IMG/VR virus record: IMGVR_UViG_3300030207_003925
Location: 1-39,720 of that record
Strand: one strand, 5' to 3'
DNA from: a virus
Taxonomy: Duplodnaviria > Caudoviricetes
DNA length: 39,720 bases
Shown here: positions 37,549 to 39,720 of the stretch, one piece after another
Layout of the letters: every line of letters starts with the position of its first letter
Position numbering within the stretch: position 1 is the first letter of the stretch
Program-made: the position numbers and the translations under genes
Notes under the pieces: generated by a model
Database searches by the model: none
Told to the model about the DNA's origin: nothing
Seen by the model: only the letters and a program-made list of their open reading frames with translations

Positions 37549-38061
37549 ATGAGTGACATTTCTCAAATAGCGCCAGAGGTGATGAATGTGGCTACTAACT
37601 TAGCCGATTTATCTCAAGGTCAAATGGACAAACAGAAAGTGGAAGGTTTTTTGGAGAGCCTTATCGGGGAATATGGATGGCTATTGTTAATAGCTATTAT
37701 GACTATAATGGCGAAAGATATGATAATGAATTTCGCTCAAGGGATTCTTGTATTTATGGGGAGTAACTTTAACAACGATGACATTATCTATATTTCTGGC
37801 CGTCAAGCGCGTATAGTTCGCGTCGGAATTCGTAATACGGTTTTTTACATGACGGACCGCAAAACTAAGATGTTGGTGCCAAATGAGCAGTTAAAACAGC
37901 TTACTATTGAAAAGACTTTACCTAAAAATGGCGGAGAGCCTTATTTACCAAAAGCTAGTGATCCCAGTTTTATTGGTTGGGAGGAAGTTCCAATAAATCC
38001 TCCGCCTATGCAGGTTGAAGTGGTAGAAAAACCTACCAGAAGGACAAGAAGTAAAAAATGA
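37549..38061 (+). CDS. Truncated MscS-like membrane protein
   Basis: A TM segment, then KDMIMNFAQGILVF...FNNDDIIYISG..ARIVRVGIRNT...VPNEQL, matching MscS TM3b and the middle beta domain. The C-terminal cage domain is absent. Confidence 0.7.
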   Translation: MSDISQIAPEVMNVATNLADLSQGQMDKQKVEGFLESLIGEYGWLLLIAIMTIMAKDMIMNFAQGILVFMGSNFNNDDIIYISGRQARIVRVGIRNTVFYMTDRKTKMLVPNEQLKQLTIEKTLPKNGGEPYLPKASDPSFIGWEEVPINPPPMQVEVVEKPTRRTRSKK

Positions 38062-38345
38062 AAAAAACATTATTCTTATGTATAATATTTATAAGCTGGG
38101 GCGCAAAAGGCTGCATGTCAGTTGACAAAAAAGGTAGGTTAGAAAAAGTTAGGTTTTCTGTCCCTGCTTTTTTTCAAGTGGAAATGGATTATTACAAAGA
38201 TAAGGAGAATATAGGCAGGCCAATTATTAAGACTAATGCCCCGGGAGCAGTCTTGTTAAAACCTGAGAATTTATCTGTTAGAACCAACGCTCCAATAAGT
38301 CTATGGGAGCCTGCTGGAAAATTAATGGAAATGACCGAAAAATAA
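38058..38345 (+). CDS. Probable lipoprotein
   Basis: MKKTLFLCIIFISWGAKG-C signal. ATGA overlap with the upstream gene. Confidence 0.6.
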   Translation: MKKTLFLCIIFISWGAKGCMSVDKKGRLEKVRFSVPAFFQVEMDYYKDKENIGRPIIKTNAPGAVLLKPENLSVRTNAPISLWEPAGKLMEMTEK

Positions 38346-38352
38346 GTGTAAA
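38345..38352 (+). promoter_or_regulatory. GTGTA motif (AGTGTAAA)
   Basis: gtgta 38346-38350, 15 nt before ATG 38366. Confidence 0.7.
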
Positions 38353-38365
38353 AGAAAATAGAGAA

Positions 38366-38929
38366 ATGAAAGAAATAGATTTCACTGAACAAATTGTTAA
38401 ATGGCGCGAAGAGCAGGAAGCCGCCATGTCCAAGAAACAGTACGAGAAAATCGATACTAAAGAGTTGAAACGTGACGATAAAAAAGAAAAAAAGGAACAC
38501 GAAAAAGACGCTCTCAAAGATGACGATAGTAAAATCAAAAAACTTAAGAAGGGTAAACCTTCTGAAAAGAAAAGCGTAGAAGTTCATGATATAAAGAAGG
38601 ACGAAAAATATGATAAGAAAAAGCTCAAACAAATGAAGAGCGCGGTCCTTTCTACTAAAAATAAAAATGACCTACCCGATTCAGATTTTGCTTATATCGA
38701 ACCGGGAGGAGAAAAAGACTCTGAGGGAAAAACTGTACCTCGTTCATTGCGTCACCTTCCAATTAATGATGCTGCTCATGTGCGTAATGCACTAGCTAGG
38801 TTAAATCAAACCAAAATCAGTGAAGAGGCCAAAAAAGCAGCCCTGAAAAAAATTAAAGCTGCGGCTAAGAAGTTTGGAATTAAAGTCAGTGAAGCATCGG
38901 CTTCTATAGACTACTCCGAACTATATTAA
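38366..38929 (+). CDS. Lys/Asp/Glu-rich protein with DUF6582-like C-terminal domain
   Basis: LPDSDFAY...RHLPINDAAHVRNALARLNQ...KIKAAAKKFGIKV motif. Start corrected to ATG 38366. Confidence 0.75.
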   Translation: MKEIDFTEQIVKWREEQEAAMSKKQYEKIDTKELKRDDKKEKKEHEKDALKDDDSKIKKLKKGKPSEKKSVEVHDIKKDEKYDKKKLKQMKSAVLSTKNKNDLPDSDFAYIEPGGEKDSEGKTVPRSLRHLPINDAAHVRNALARLNQTKISEEAKKAALKKIKAAAKKFGIKVSEASASIDYSELY

Positions 38930-38944
38930 TCGTTCTATAGAAAT

Positions 38945-38978
38945 GAAAAAGCCCCGCGCAATGCGGGGCTTTATTTTT
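38945..38978. terminator. Bidirectional rho-independent terminator
   Basis: AAAAAGCCCCGC-GCAAT-GCGGGGCTTTATTTTT between convergent genes. Confidence 0.9.
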
Positions 38979-38989
38979 ATATAGACAAT

Positions 38990-39376
38990 TTATTCTCCGG
39001 GTTTATTCTCGTCAATAACTTTATCCCTCTTATTGGCAAACTCTTTTTTTATGCCTTCCATTCTTTTCTTCATTTCTTCTCGATGCTTCTTTCTTAACTC
39101 GTGCAACTCCTTATGGAGCTCCTTCATCTTTTCCCGAAGCTCATTTAATTCTTCGCTATCTATTTTCTTACCTTTCCAATGATGTCGGCGTTTTTTGCTT
39201 TCGATATGCTTTTTTCTTTTTTCTGCCGCTGCTTTGAATCTTTCTTTGATTTTTTCCTTGTCAACTTTTTCTGGGCGGGGTTTCCCTTTATGTTTACTTG
39301 GTTTAGCTTCGGCTGTTGTTAACACTGATGCTATAATTGCTATCAGTCCATACTTGAAAATATTTTTTACCACCAT
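38990..39376 (-). CDS. Exported, very basic coiled-coil protein
   Basis: Signal peptide ...YGLIAIIASVLTTAEA followed by K/E/R/H-rich helices. Confidence 0.7.
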   Translation of the reverse strand: MVVKNIFKYGLIAIIASVLTTAEAKPSKHKGKPRPEKVDKEKIKERFKAAAEKRKKHIESKKRRHHWKGKKIDSEELNELREKMKELHKELHELRKKHREEMKKRMEGIKKEFANKRDKVIDENKPGE

Positions 39377-39389
39377 GGTGCTAGTTTAA

Positions 39390-39410
39390 TATACACCTTT
39401 CATGTGTAAT
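39390..39410. promoter_or_regulatory. Back-to-back GTGTA motifs
   Basis: tacac 39392-39396 and gtgta 39404-39408, between divergent ATGs 39376 and 39418. Confidence 0.7.
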
Positions 39411-39417
39411 AAGTTTT

Positions 39418-39630
39418 ATGAAAAAGAAAGATGTTCTAATAATCGCTCTAGGAGTCTCTGTGCTGGTTTTTGTCATCTGGATGCTGCAGGGAGAGGAAAT
39501 CAAAGAAAAAGTCGCTGAGAACGCAAAGGAGGCAGCAAAAGAGGCAATTGTAGAGAAGGTGGTAGACAGTGCTGCCGAAAAAGCGAAGGAAAAGCTAAAA
39601 GAAGAAGTACTTGACAAATTGATCCCGTGA
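39418..39630 (+). CDS. Small single-TM membrane protein with charged helical tail
   Basis: MKKKDVLIIALGVSVLVFVIWML followed by an E/K/A-rich helix. Confidence 0.7.
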   Translation: MKKKDVLIIALGVSVLVFVIWMLQGEEIKEKVAENAKEAAKEAIVEKVVDSAAEKAKEKLKEEVLDKLIP

Positions 39631-39720
39631 ACCAGTTTCACACATACCTTAAAGAATTAAGGTTGAGAAAGTTTGACAATATAACAAAATTATGCAAACT
39701 TTTAAAAGTAGATTATCAAG

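Noticed and set aside
38192-38632. Phe-rich minus-strand ORFs resembling membrane proteins
   Set aside because: Antisense of the Lys/Glu-rich 38366-38929 gene (AAA/GAA read as TTT/TTC).
39673-39701. TTGACA near the right edge as a sigma70 promoter
   Set aside because: No convincing -10 box at 16-18 nt, and the downstream gene is outside the window.
1-39720. Stop-codon reassignment (alternative genetic code)
   Set aside because: Genes are long, tile densely in code 11, and end in TAA, TAG and TGA with normal overlaps.

Overview
A 39.7-kb, AT-rich piece of a large tailed dsDNA phage genome covering packaging, head, fibre, lysis and part of the regulatory and accessory region. Most genes read on the minus strand, right to left: Zn-ribbon protein, ECF-like sigma factor, possible small terminase, C2H2/ERCC4 nuclease, large terminase, portal, tail-tube-like protein, two small virion proteins, two giant fibres with GNVGIGTxxP repeats and C-terminal S74 chaperones (3305 and 1426 aa), a TibC/Aah-like O-heptosyltransferase, a holin/spanin-like cassette, protease-scaffold, decoration protein, major capsid protein, and a coiled-coil repeat fibre (4050 to <1, at least 1350 aa) that the ORF track missed because it runs off the window. 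The right end holds PhoH, a truncated MscS-like protein, exported proteins and a DUF6582-like protein. The main observations are: (1) a bacterial autotransporter heptosyltransferase homologue translationally coupled to the fibre genes, a candidate virion-glycosylation system; (2) a GTGTA(A/T) motif at the head of 14 transcription units, a candidate phage late promoter; (3) a candidate pseudoknotted RNA at 10147-10286; (4) apparent avoidance of CCWGG, visible in Pro-Gly codon choice; (5) DNA-level conserved boxes between fibre modules. All family assignments come from motif recognition by eye; no database searches were run.
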